DNA from: Polyangiales bacterium
GTDB taxonomy: Bacteria > Myxococcota_A > Polyangia > Polyangiales > Polyangiaceae
DNA length: 64,000 bases
Direction of reading: 5' to 3'
Assembly: GCA_038231275.1 (NCBI GenBank)
Contig: JBBRLQ010000010.1
Location: 160,001 to 224,000, forward strand
Made by a program: the position numbers and the translations under genes. Below are positions 31,901-40,363 of the stretch, in pieces. Below the pieces are notes generated by a model that saw only the letters and a list, made by a program, of their open reading frames with translations, had not been told where the DNA came from and searched no databases. Numbering within the stretch: position 1 is the first letter of the stretch; each line of letters opens with the position of its first letter.

Positions 31901-33698
31901 GAAGGTCGGCGGCGACGCGCCCGCGCCTCGCCGTCACGTTCACATCTCGGATACGGGCTCCGTCGCGCGTGTCGAACACCCCCTGCGCCTGCACGTCGGG
32001 CGCGCGCGCCGAGCCCGCGAGCGTCACGACGACGTTCATTCCGTCGAGGCTCCCGTCGCTCTTCAGGGTGGCGTCGGCGAACGAGAGGGCGCCGAGCGAC
32101 AGCCCCGTCGCGTCGACCGCGGTCGTCAGCCCTGGTGCGGCGAGCGGCCCCATCGCTTGCGCCTCGACGTGCGCGTGGCCGACGTGGAGTGGCCCCTGCG
32201 CAGCGTCGTCGACGTCCACGGTCGCATGCCCTTCGAACGTCCCCTCCGGCACGTGCACGCGCGCGATTGCTTGCACGTCCGCGCGCCCCGTCATCGTTCC
32301 GCCGAGCCGCGTCGCGCCCAGTCGCGCGACGCTCGCGCGCGCGTCGATCGCGAGCAGCTGCGACGCGCCGTCGGGCGTGTACGCGAACACCACGTCGGTG
32401 GGCGCGCCGTCCTCGAGGATCTTGCCGCTCCCACTCACCGTCACGACCGGCGCGCCGGAGCCGGTGGCGACGCGGTAGTCGCCACGGAGCATCGCGCGTG
32501 GAATCACCGTGCCGCGGACCGCGCCGCGCGCGACGTCGGCGTCGTAATCGCCGCCTATCGCTCCGCCCTTGATCAGGAACGAGACCCGCGCGGTCGCGCC
32601 GAGCGACGAGGCCGGCGCCGTCGGCGCGAAGGTGTGCATGTCGACGCCGCTCGCGGCCAGGTGAACTGTGCCGAACGGCGCGTCCGACAGAGTCGCGTCG
32701 CCTTTGGCTTCGAGCGACGCCGCGCCCAACGTCGCGCGCAGATCGCCCTCGACGCGCGGGAGCTCGCCACGAAGCGCGAGGTGGGCCGACGCGTCCTCGT
32801 GGATGGGGACCTCCGGCACGAGCGCGCGGATCGCCGCCGCCGTCGCGATTGGGACGTCGGCGGTGCCTTCCAGGTGTGCGCCGTCGAGCGTGAAGTGCGC
32901 CGTCGCCGGGATCGCGCCCACGGTGCCGCGCAATGCGGCATCGACGGAGTACGGACGCCCCGAGCGAGAAGGCAGGACCACGAGGGCCGATCCGTCGCCG
33001 ACCACGTTCGCGCCGCGCGGCATTCCGCGGGTCCTCACCGCGAGACGCGTGGCGTCCACGCGCACCCCGCCCGACGCGACGTGGACGCTTGCGTGCACGT
33101 CGTCGGCGTCGGCGTCGAGTCGCGGAGCTCCGCCGATTGTTCCATGCACCCAGGCGTGCCGCACTTCGATGCGCGGAAGATCGACGCGAACGGGCCGCGC
33201 AGGGCCGCCGGGCGTCGTCGGCCGCGGCGTGAACGCGGCCTCGATCCGCGTCCGCCCGTCGGCGCGCGTGTCGAGGTTCACCTCGCCCCAGTCGATGTCG
33301 ACGGACGAGATCGAAATTCGCAAATCGCGCCCCGTCGCGAGCAGCGACCGGATCAGGTCGACGACGGACAGGTGCGCGCGGAGCCCTCCGGCGCGGACGA
33401 CCACGACCCCTTCGTCATCGACCATTCGCGCGGAGACTCCCTCCGCGCCGTACAGGCCGACGTGCTCGACCCCTTCGATCTGCAGCGTGCCCTGGAGCGC
33501 GCTCGCGAGGACGGGGTTCACGTGCGCGACGAGGACGCGTCGCCCGACGGGCGTGTCGAGGTGGAGCAAGATCCCACCGACGAGGGCGCCCGTGAACGTG
33601 ACGGCGAGCCCTGCGCCGCCGGCGATGCGCCCGAGGACGCGCCACGCCCGCCTCGGTCTCCCTGGAGACGATGCGAACGAGGGCGGGCCGTTCGACAC
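28977..33698 (-). CDS. tamB: Translocation and assembly module TamB (C-terminal DUF490)
   Basis: N-terminal TM then LHLDTPVGRR; about 1570 aa beta-rich; C-terminal LRSEP..PQNEILALILFG...ADVVWRYRY; directly downstream of an Omp85 gene; start GTG 33698 or TTG 33707. Confidence 0.88.
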   Translation of the reverse strand: MSNGPPSFASSPGRPRRAWRVLGRIAGGAGLAVTFTGALVGGILLHLDTPVGRRVLVAHVNPVLASALQGTLQIEGVEHVGLYGAEGVSARMVDDEGVVVVRAGGLRAHLSVVDLIRSLLATGRDLRISISSVDIDWGEVNLDTRADGRTRIEAAFTPRPTTPGGPARPVRVDLPRIEVRHAWVHGTIGGAPRLDADADDVHASVHVASGGVRVDATRLAVRTRGMPRGANVVGDGSALVVLPSRSGRPYSVDAALRGTVGAIPATAHFTLDGAHLEGTADVPIATAAAIRALVPEVPIHEDASAHLALRGELPRVEGDLRATLGAASLEAKGDATLSDAPFGTVHLAASGVDMHTFAPTAPASSLGATARVSFLIKGGAIGGDYDADVARGAVRGTVIPRAMLRGDYRVATGSGAPVVTVSGSGKILEDGAPTDVVFAYTPDGASQLLAIDARASVARLGATRLGGTMTGRADVQAIARVHVPEGTFEGHATVDVDDAAQGPLHVGHAHVEAQAMGPLAAPGLTTAVDATGLSLGALSFADATLKSDGSLDGMNVVVTLAGSARAPDVQAQGVFDTRDGARIRDVNVTARRGRVAADLHVDAVRAAGGEIQVDGAVLKGLGEPLTLSGRRGPTSAEARAVTKGLDLALVGGLLGMADRIRGGALTVDADLKATERAVHGTLTMDLRHADGFASKDANAHLDATFAGRAAAVRARASEAGFGRVEVKNARVEIPGDGPLRADAWKSAWGDVEVEGQVALSKLAFLVPHAGPSPIGDVGGNLSVRASAWRAKGSDSAPSFHAALETSGLTLATVTPARAANGTVVLSNEGRRLEGFDLQVDASLDGPSGDVGLDGRVVDRRGILVSLDARATALPYREIAAAPDTVDALLAVPFSARAFLPRRPFSAIPFVGDKAAGDVTASIGMQGTVLVPVVDVSAHMFGAKSPQAPITNKLDVDLVARYAAGLADATLEARTPKGKVLAATAHLEALLTDFVGADAKKDPPWVASANAKLDRFPLVAVAALSDRQVRGRISGQLEVAHLHGDASAKASLSVDGLEIGTARFATAKVDATVAGGALHGAARLDQPGSFVDARADVGVTWGALLVPKVDGTKPALLTLRAQSFPLAALTPFVEPAVADLSGKLDADARYSVPAGGEAAHASGTVSVHDATVQITSLGQELHGVQGKLTLSEGGVLRLEGVQAFGTSGMVMAAGVARLNGLRVAEARAAIRVPKGKPIPVGVQGVQMGDMYGDMQVVAVSSADGSITNIDVEVPTLHVRLPDASPHAVQPLDEPKKVRIGTFRAPGQFVTLPIDGEDLREPEATPGAPTRVNVAFHLGQDVAIERGRTLRVALEGTPEIHVSDKTRMSGQIRLKSGTLEVQNKHFEIERGTVSFVGDDPSNPEVVVTAGWTASDGTRVLADFSGPLKTGKVTLRSEPGRPQNEILALILFGTADGSSSTPYAQPTADGATRAGTAAGGLASGGLSKGIDSLTGLDVETKVDTTDSANPRPEVELRIAKDISLQIAVVLGTPPPGTNPDRTFATIDWRFLRNWSLATTFGDQGSSMADVVWRYRY

Positions 33699-33703
33699 GG
33701 CGG

Positions 33704-35887
33704 TCAATAGGCCTCTCCAATGCCGAAAGCGACGGCCACGGGGATGCCGAACAACGTCGGCGGCAGCCCCTCGGTCGGATCGCTGCGCGCGATGGCCTGT
33801 TCGTCCGCGAACCCGAGCACCTGCGCGGGCTGGATGCGGTAGCCGATGTCGAGGCGGATCGGGCCGACCGGCGTCTCGTAGCGCGCGCCGAGGCCGCACG
33901 AGAGGTGGAGGTGATTGAGGCGCACGTTCCCGGGGTGCGGCGACACGTCGCTCATGTCGCAGAACGTCGCGGCGTGGAACGGCCCCGCGATCGCGAAGCG
34001 GACCTCGTTCGAGAGCTCCCACAGCGTAAAGCCGCCGATCGAGATCGAGCAGACCGCCGGGTCGGGGCTGAAGTTGTTCGCCGGCGACGGGTCACAATTG
34101 AGGCGAACCTGCTGCGACGCCGTCTGCGGGTTCAGGAACGGCACCACGCCGTGCGGCGCGATTCCGCGAATGGGAAAGCCGCGGTTCGAGGTGGAGCCGC
34201 CGGAGAAGAATCCCCTGAAGAACACCGTCTCGATGTCGCGCACGCGCGCCGCGCGGTTCGCGTCGGTGAGCGGCTCTCCGAGCCGGTTTTGCACGACGTC
34301 TCCGTAGTTCTGCGAGAGCAAGAACCCGACCGAGGCGCGCGTCGCGAACGTGACCTTCTTCCCGAGCGGGATGTACGTCCGCACCTCCGGCTGGACCTTC
34401 ACGTCCCGCGCGTCACCGCCCACGCCGGCGACCTGGACCTCGTTGCCGAGGTAAATCCCCTTGTGCGTATGCACGCGATCGTCACGAAAATCCAACGACG
34501 TCACGAGCGACGGATACGAGATGACGAGCATCTTCAGCGCGGGATCGAGCGCTCCCTTGTAGGCGAATGGCGCCTCTACCTGGACGTTGTGGCCGAGCGA
34601 CGCGTAAAACTTCCCGAACGCGCGATCTGCGCCGACGCTGAGTTTGACCTCGGCGTAGCCCACGACCGGATCGTCGGGCAGCGGCGACGTCTTCACGAGG
34701 AGCGGAAAGACGTTGAGCTCGGGGCGAATGAACCCGTGCGTGCGCGCCTCGATGAAGCCCGGCTGCCGCAGCTGTAGCCGGAGCTTCGACTCGGGCAAGA
34801 GGCTGTTCGGCGCGACGAGGTTGTTGATCCGCGTCGGGTAGAGAACGACGCCGGGACGGAACTCGATCGTGAAGTCGCGGAGGCCACCGAGGAAATTGTG
34901 GTCCTCCCACCCGATGAGGCCGTGCAGGTCGGTCTTCAGCTGATCGAACTCGAGACCGCCGCCGAGCCTCCACTCGTGCAGCTGGCTCGGCTCGACCTTG
35001 ATGTGGACCGGGACGACGCGCGGCTCCGGCGGCGGATCGGTGAGCACGGGCGCGACGTCGACGGCGCTCAGCACCTCGAGATCGAGCAGCGCGCGCGTCG
35101 CCGACTCGAGGGCGAGGGTCGAGTACGGCGTCCCTTCGGCGATGTCGACCGCGCGGAGGAGCGGCGCCTGGGGCAGCGTGCGCTTGTGGCCGCCGCTCAC
35201 CGGAGGGTCGAGGCCCTCGATCGTCACCTTGCCGAAGACGGCGGGCTTGTCGGGGGTCACCGCCATCGACACGTCGGCGGTGTGCCGCACGATGTCGACG
35301 AAGACGTCGCGGTCGACCTTCGCGTAGGCGTACCCGCGATCGGTCAGCGCCTTGCGCGCGTCCCTCTCGGCGGCCTCGTACTTGTCCTCGTCGAAGGGCT
35401 CGCCAGGCGGCAGCTGCGCCTTCACGGCGGCGGTGACGGCGTCGACGAGAGCGCGGGGCAGTCCATCCATCCCCTGGACTGCGAGGTCGTGGTTTTTGAT
35501 CGGCTCGCCCTCTTCGACGATGATCTCGACGTCGACGTGGGCGTCGCTGCCCTCGAAGACGTGGCCCGCACGTGCGTGCGCGTCGTAAAACCCGCGGGCG
35601 CGGTAGAATCGCTCCACGCGCGCGAGGTCGCGCTGAAGGACGTTGTAGTCGTAGAGCCGGTAGTCGAAGGCGACGCCGCGGAAGAGGCCGAAGAGCTTGG
35701 CGCTCGGCGTCGTGGCGAGGACGTCCTCGAGATCCGACGATGCGATGACCTTCGTGCCGCGCAGGGTGACGTCGTCGACCGCGTAGCGACCTTCCGGGAC
35801 CTTGGAGCAGCCGAGCGTGGCGACGAGCGCGACGAGGGGGCCGAGCCACGCGCGATCTGCTGTGGCGATCGTGTCGCGTGAGGGCAT
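33704..35887 (-). CDS. tamA: TamA/BamA-family Omp85 lipoprotein (POTRA domains + barrel)
   Basis: Lipobox TLGC; DLARVERFYRARGFYDA; GGSTSNRGF; YETPVGPIRLDIGY; ends FGIGEAY. Confidence 0.88.
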   Translation of the reverse strand: MPSRDTIATADRAWLGPLVALVATLGCSKVPEGRYAVDDVTLRGTKVIASSDLEDVLATTPSAKLFGLFRGVAFDYRLYDYNVLQRDLARVERFYRARGFYDAHARAGHVFEGSDAHVDVEIIVEEGEPIKNHDLAVQGMDGLPRALVDAVTAAVKAQLPPGEPFDEDKYEAAERDARKALTDRGYAYAKVDRDVFVDIVRHTADVSMAVTPDKPAVFGKVTIEGLDPPVSGGHKRTLPQAPLLRAVDIAEGTPYSTLALESATRALLDLEVLSAVDVAPVLTDPPPEPRVVPVHIKVEPSQLHEWRLGGGLEFDQLKTDLHGLIGWEDHNFLGGLRDFTIEFRPGVVLYPTRINNLVAPNSLLPESKLRLQLRQPGFIEARTHGFIRPELNVFPLLVKTSPLPDDPVVGYAEVKLSVGADRAFGKFYASLGHNVQVEAPFAYKGALDPALKMLVISYPSLVTSLDFRDDRVHTHKGIYLGNEVQVAGVGGDARDVKVQPEVRTYIPLGKKVTFATRASVGFLLSQNYGDVVQNRLGEPLTDANRAARVRDIETVFFRGFFSGGSTSNRGFPIRGIAPHGVVPFLNPQTASQQVRLNCDPSPANNFSPDPAVCSISIGGFTLWELSNEVRFAIAGPFHAATFCDMSDVSPHPGNVRLNHLHLSCGLGARYETPVGPIRLDIGYRIQPAQVLGFADEQAIARSDPTEGLPPTLFGIPVAVAFGIGEAY

Positions 35888-35901
35888 CGCCGCACACTCC
35901 T

Positions 35902-35916
35902 GCAACGAAGAGACCA
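35902..35916 (-). promoter_or_regulatory. Putative sigma-54 promoter (tamAB)
   Basis: Minus strand TGGTCTCTTCGTTGC; ATG 15 nt past the -12 C. Confidence 0.5.
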
Positions 35917-35923
35917 GGCCCGG

Positions 35924-35965
35924 CTCATGCGCGCGCCAGGACGTCTCATGCGCGCGCCAGGACGT
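35924..35965. repeat. Perfect 21-bp tandem duplication
   Basis: CTCATGCGCGCGCCAGGACGT at 35924-35944 and 35945-35965. Confidence 0.95.
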
Positions 35966-35970
35966 GCAGG

Positions 35971-35985
35971 TGGCACTCGCCGTGC
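35971..35985 (+). promoter_or_regulatory. Putative sigma-54 promoter
   Basis: TGGCACTCGCCGTGC; ATG 13 nt past the -12 C. Confidence 0.6.
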
Positions 35986-35997
35986 TAAGTCGCGGGC

Positions 35998-36474
35998 ATG
36001 AGACCGTGGTGGATCGGTGTGGCGGGAGTCCTCGCCGCGCTCGCGTGCAACTCGGGGCTTCCGCATCCGCCCTACGCCGCGCACGCGTCGTCCGAGCTGA
36101 CCGAGGTTCCGTTCCCTCCTCCGCCCGCGCGCGTCGAGACGGTGCCGCCGATGCCCGCCTCGGGGGCGCTGTGGATCGAAGGGGAGTGGTCGTGGCGCGG
36201 AAGGAAATGGTCTTGGAAAGAAGGCTATTGGGCCCCATCGTCCGCCACCGGCACGTACTCGCCGTGGCAGACGGTCCGCAACGACGCGGGGACGATCTTC
36301 TTCGCGCCCGGCACGTGGCGCGACGCCAAGGGACAGCCCGCGCCTCCGCCCGCGCCGCTCGCACTCGCATCGGCGCGAACCACTTCCGTCGTCGATCCCG
36401 AGGGCGAGACCGAGCCCACCGGGCGAAACCTGTCGCCCGACGGCGGGCCGCTGCGAAGGGACGCAGGCCCGTGA
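35998..36474 (+). CDS. Lipoprotein with WXXGXW (YXWGXW) repeats
   Basis: Lipobox ALAC; PPPPARVE; LWIEGEWSW, WSWKEGYW, FAPGTW. Confidence 0.8.
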   Translation: MRPWWIGVAGVLAALACNSGLPHPPYAAHASSELTEVPFPPPPARVETVPPMPASGALWIEGEWSWRGRKWSWKEGYWAPSSATGTYSPWQTVRNDAGTIFFAPGTWRDAKGQPAPPPAPLALASARTTSVVDPEGETEPTGRNLSPDGGPLRRDAGP

Positions 36475-36710
36475 GCGACACGGCCATCTTCCTCGGGGCC
36501 GCGATCCTGTTCGCCATCGCGGTGACCGCGCACGTCGCCATCGCCGCCGGGCTCGCGCTCCGCTCTCCGCGCTGGCGTGGGCTCGTCGCGCTCGTGGCCC
36601 CGCCGCTCGCGCCGTATTGGGCATTCCAGAGCGGCATGCGCGTGCGCGCGACGGCGTGGGTGGGCGCCGTCCTCGCGTACGTCGTGCTGCGCGCCGTCCT
36701 TTGGCGCTGA
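36471..36710 (+). CDS. Small membrane protein
   Basis: GTGA overlap with the upstream gene; three hydrophobic segments; LVAPPLAPYW. Confidence 0.7.
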   Translation: MSDTAIFLGAAILFAIAVTAHVAIAAGLALRSPRWRGLVALVAPPLAPYWAFQSGMRVRATAWVGAVLAYVVLRAVLWR

Positions 36711-36719
36711 AAATCCCTC

Positions 36720-37331
36720 TCAGTGCGCGGAGCGAGGAGCCGCCGCGTCGCCGCCGTCGAGCCGTGCCGGTTTCACGTCGCGATCGCGCTCGCCGGTGCG
36801 CACTACGCGCGCGTGGAACGACACCGCGAGCACGAGGGCGTCGGGGGTGACCCGAACCTCGCCCCAGGCCACCTGCAGACCCAGCGCTTCGAAGTGCTCG
36901 AGTGTCGCGGGCATCTTGAAGACATGGCTGAGCGAGTCGGTGAAGTCCCATTCGAGCGCGACGTGATCGCGGTCGAGGGTCTCGTTGATCTTCTCCGTAA
37001 TCTTCTCGTCGACGACATCGGGCAGACCCGCGAAGTCCGCGTGTTCGACGCGGACCGAGAAGACGAGCCGGTCGCCGGTGGACGACGCGGCGATCTGGGG
37101 CTTCACGAGGGCCGTAAGCGAACGCAAGGTGACCGGTACTTGGATACCCAGGACCGGCCAATGGACCTTCGCCTTGCACGTGAGGCGCAGCCCCGTGTCG
37201 GTGACGAGCTCGAGCTCCGAGGGCCCTTCGAGCTCCACACTGCCGCCACCGTTCAAGCGAACGGTGAGCGGCATCAGTTCCGGGAGAAGCGCGACGAGGT
37301 CGTGCTTTGCGAGGATCGCTTCGAGCCACAT
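36720..37331 (-). CDS. Hypothetical protein
   Basis: 203-aa ORF with normal composition, 7 nt downstream of the GlsB/YeaQ gene. Confidence 0.7.
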   Translation of the reverse strand: MWLEAILAKHDLVALLPELMPLTVRLNGGGSVELEGPSELELVTDTGLRLTCKAKVHWPVLGIQVPVTLRSLTALVKPQIAASSTGDRLVFSVRVEHADFAGLPDVVDEKITEKINETLDRDHVALEWDFTDSLSHVFKMPATLEHFEALGLQVAWGEVRVTPDALVLAVSFHARVVRTGERDRDVKPARLDGGDAAAPRSAH

Positions 37332-37338
37332 GGGGGCC

Positions 37339-37599
37339 TCAGGACGCCACGCGTCGTCCTGCGATCGCGTGATAGATGCCGAGGACGACGATCGAGCCGA
37401 TCACGGCGACGAACATGCTCCACAGGTTGAAGCCGGTGACGCCCGCGGCGCCAAACGTGTTGAAGAGGAAGCCGCCGACGACGGCGCCCACCACGCCAAG
37501 GACGATGTCGAGGAGCGCGCCCTCTCCACTCTTGTTGACGATCTTGCTGGCGATGAAGCCGGCGATGAGGCCAAACACAATCCACGCGATAATCGACAT
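37339..37599 (-). CDS. GlsB/YeaQ/YmgE family stress-response membrane protein
   Basis: MSIIAWIVFGLIAGFIASKIVNKSGEGALLDIVLGVVGAVVGG; SD AAGGAG. Confidence 0.93.
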   Translation of the reverse strand: MSIIAWIVFGLIAGFIASKIVNKSGEGALLDIVLGVVGAVVGGFLFNTFGAAGVTGFNLWSMFVAVIGSIVVLGIYHAIAGRRVAS

Positions 37600-37645
37600 G
37601 ATCGTTCTCCTTCTTCGACGCTCGGTAGCGCCCGCCCCACGGAGT

Positions 37646-37660
37646 GCAGAACCCGAGCCA
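37646..37660 (-). promoter_or_regulatory. Putative sigma-54 promoter
   Basis: Minus strand TGGCTCGGGTTCTGC. Confidence 0.5.
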
Positions 37661-37777
37661 ATCGATAGGCGCGTGGTGGCGCGAGGAATGCGCTCCAACC
37701 GACGCCTTTCCGCCACCGTGAGGCGCATTTGCGCGCCTGCGCCCGCTCAGCAGCCCATGCATCACGGCAAATATTGC

Positions 37778-37792
37778 TGGCGCGCATGTTGC
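37778..37792 (+). promoter_or_regulatory. Putative sigma-54 promoter
   Basis: TGGCGCGCATGTTGC, identical to the box at 49904-49918 on the minus strand. Confidence 0.65.
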
Positions 37793-37806
37793 TCAAGGCA
37801 CGAAAG

Positions 37807-38772
37807 ATGGGCATTCGAAGGCTTCGAGTGGTTGCCGCGGCTTTGTCGAGCGTGTGCTTGCTTCAAACGACCGGCGCGCTCGCGCAGCAGCCGGCCCCGG
37901 CCGCGGACGGCGGGGCTCCAGTCTCGCCGACTACGCAGACTCCGGTGGACCAGATCGCACCGCCAGGACCGGGCGCCGACCCTAAGAAGGTCGAGGAGGC
38001 GAAGGAGATCGCGAAGGTCGCGCAGAACACGCCGATCGTCACGGATCCGAAGAACCCGACGCGTCCCGCGTTCCAGCTCTATGCGGAGCTCGACATCCCG
38101 GTGCTCGGCATCGGCGCCGTGTTCGCGGCCGCGCGTTTGATCCGCACGCAGCGTGCGTTCTGCGCTCCGCTTTGCGATCCGAACGACCTCAACGCGCTCG
38201 ATCGTACGACCGCTGGCTTTTACAGCACGGGATGGGGCACGGCCTCGGACTTCGGGCTCTACGGTGCCGTCGCAGGCGCCGCGGTGCTCCTCGCCGGGGA
38301 CGAAGGGCTCCTCGACGGGCTGAACGACGCCGTCGTCGTCGCGGAGTCCGCGCTCAGCGCAACGGCGGTCTCGACGATGCTGACCCTCGCCGCGGGACGC
38401 CCGCGGCCGCTCCTCTTCGGGACGAACGCTCCTCTGGAACAGCGCGAGAGCGCCGACGCGAGCCTCTCCTTCTTGAGCAGCCACGCGTCGGTCACCTCTT
38501 CGATCGCGATGTCGATGTTCATGACGATGAAGCGGCTTCACCCGACCTCCAGCGGCCCGTACTGGGTCCTCGCTGTGGGCGGTCTCCTCACCGCCTTCGT
38601 CGGCACCGCGCGCGTCATGGCCGGTAAGCATTTCATTACCGACTCGATCGGCGGCGCCATCGTCGGATCGTCGCTCGGCGTCATCGTCCCCGCCCTTCAT
38701 CAATCGCCGGTGAGGATCGTCCCCATCGTGAGCGAAAACCAGAAGGGTCTAGGGCTGAGCGGAGCGTTCTGA
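37807..38772 (+). CDS. PAP2-family phosphatase with signal peptide
   Basis: GRPRP; SFLSSHA; ARVMAGKHFITD; ends GLGLSGAF. Confidence 0.82.
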   Translation: MGIRRLRVVAAALSSVCLLQTTGALAQQPAPAADGGAPVSPTTQTPVDQIAPPGPGADPKKVEEAKEIAKVAQNTPIVTDPKNPTRPAFQLYAELDIPVLGIGAVFAAARLIRTQRAFCAPLCDPNDLNALDRTTAGFYSTGWGTASDFGLYGAVAGAAVLLAGDEGLLDGLNDAVVVAESALSATAVSTMLTLAAGRPRPLLFGTNAPLEQRESADASLSFLSSHASVTSSIAMSMFMTMKRLHPTSSGPYWVLAVGGLLTAFVGTARVMAGKHFITDSIGGAIVGSSLGVIVPALHQSPVRIVPIVSENQKGLGLSGAF

Positions 38773-38808
38773 GGCGGTCGATGCTGGCCTCTCACGAGGC
38801 CGCGGCGC

Positions 38809-39672
38809 CTACTGCGACGCCGTGGCCGTGAAGCTCTTCACGATCTGGAGCGTCTCCGAGATGGGTTCCCCAGGGACCAGCTCGGGGAGATCGCCGCTCA
38901 CACCCGCCAAGATGATCGTGATGTTGTCGTCGCCGCCGCGCGCCTTCGCGAGGTCGATGAGGGACGTGCACGCCGCGTCGAGGCGCGTGGACGTGAGGAT
39001 CGTGCGCTGGATCTCCTCCGGCGTGACATGGATCGTGAGGCCGTCGGAGCACAGGAGGAAGCAGTCGCGCTGGCGGAGCTCGAGCTTCCCTAGCCCGACC
39101 TGCACCTCGGGAGACTGCCCCATCGCCTGCAGAATGACGTTCTTGAACGGCGCGCGCGCGGCCTCTTCGGGCTTGATCGCGCCGGTGTCGATGAGGAGCT
39201 GGATGTAGCTCTGGTCCTTGGTGACCTGTTCGAGGTGGCCGCCGCGTAGCAGGTACGCGCGCGAATCACCGACCTCGGCGATGTGCGCAGTCCCGCGGTG
39301 GACGAAGAGCGCGGTGACGGTCGCGCCCATTCCCGCGCGCTCTGGCGTCTGGGCGGCCTCCCACGTCTCGCGGTTCGCGCGCTCCACCGCGCGCTCGATG
39401 AGGGCGTCGTTGGTCGGCTCCCCCTTCGCCGCCGACATCGCGCGGCGCATCGACTCGACGACGAGCGCGCTCGCGACCTCACCCGCGCGGTGCCCGCCCA
39501 TGCCGTCGGAGACGGCGAGAAGAACGCCGCGCTCCCCGATCTCGAACCGCGTGATGGGCGTCGTTTCGACCAGGCTGTCGCCCGTGAGATCGGCGATGAC
39601 GAAGGCGTCCTCGTTGGTCTTGCGCTTGAGCCCGATGTCAGTCTGCCCGCACACAGTGAGATTGACGGTCAT
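38809..39672 (-). CDS. PP2C-family Ser/Thr protein phosphatase, copy 2
   Basis: TDIGLKRKTNEDA; VSDGMGGH; VGDSRAY; CSDGL; GGDDNIT; SD GGAGG. Confidence 0.93.
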   Translation of the reverse strand: MTVNLTVCGQTDIGLKRKTNEDAFVIADLTGDSLVETTPITRFEIGERGVLLAVSDGMGGHRAGEVASALVVESMRRAMSAAKGEPTNDALIERAVERANRETWEAAQTPERAGMGATVTALFVHRGTAHIAEVGDSRAYLLRGGHLEQVTKDQSYIQLLIDTGAIKPEEAARAPFKNVILQAMGQSPEVQVGLGKLELRQRDCFLLCSDGLTIHVTPEEIQRTILTSTRLDAACTSLIDLAKARGGDDNITIILAGVSGDLPELVPGEPISETLQIVKSFTATASQ

Positions 39673-39708
39673 CGCGTCCTCCATGACATGTTCATCGAAC
39701 CTTGAGCT

Positions 39709-39723
39709 GCACGCGTCGGGCCA
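39709..39723 (-). promoter_or_regulatory. Putative sigma-54 promoter
   Basis: Minus strand TGGCCCGACGCGTGC. Confidence 0.5.
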
Positions 39724-39822
39724 GTGCGTCGCTGGGACCTCGAGCGCGAGGCGTCCTTGCTGCGCGGCGCCAGTTCGCCACACGCGGCCCACGCCAAGTC
39801 GCCGACATTCGCGCGGCATCCG

Positions 39823-39837
39823 TGGTCTCTCGATTGC
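39823..39837 (+). promoter_or_regulatory. Putative sigma-54 promoter
   Basis: TGGTCTCTCGATTGC. Confidence 0.5.
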
Positions 39838-39885
39838 AAACGGCACTGGCGGGCGACCATCGCCCCAAGAAAGGTTGAACGACTC

Positions 39886-40290
39886 ATGCGAATCCTCATC
39901 GGTTTGGGCGGATTGAGTTTGGCCGTCGCGTTGACGGCCGCGTGCGGCCGCGGCGAGGTCAAAGGACCCAACGCGCCCACGATGACGTCGGCGCACATCG
40001 CGACGAACGAGGGCGCGATCGAGCGCATCACGGCGGCGCGCTGCGATCGCGAGGTCGCGTGCAACAACGTCGGCGCCGGCAAGTCGTACGACACGCGCGA
40101 GGCCTGCACGAACAAGCTCGGCCACGACAAGCGCGCGGATCTGCGCGCCGAAGAATGCCCGCGCGGCATCAGCGAGCCGGATCTCAATGACTGCCTCACG
40201 GACATCAAGAGCGAGAAGTGCGGCAACCCGCTCGACACGGTCAGCCGTCTCGCGGCGTGCCGCAAAGGCAAGCTCTGCCTCGAGCACTGA
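39886..40290 (+). CDS. Cys-rich lipoprotein, DUF6184-like
   Basis: Lipobox TAAC; ARCDREVACNNVG...C...CPRGI...CL..I..E.C.NP...LAACR...LC. Confidence 0.78.
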   Translation: MRILIGLGGLSLAVALTAACGRGEVKGPNAPTMTSAHIATNEGAIERITAARCDREVACNNVGAGKSYDTREACTNKLGHDKRADLRAEECPRGISEPDLNDCLTDIKSEKCGNPLDTVSRLAACRKGKLCLEH

Positions 40291-40312
40291 CCGCGCATTG
40301 CGGAGAGACGCG

Positions 40313-40340
40313 ATGCCCGCCGGGTCAAACCGGCGGGCAT
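40313..40340. terminator. Hairpin between convergent genes (likely terminator)
   Basis: ATGCCCGCCGG-GTCAAA-CCGGCGGGCAT, perfect 11-bp stem. Confidence 0.7.
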
Positions 40341-40363
40341 TCGCGTTTGCGCTACCCGCGGCG

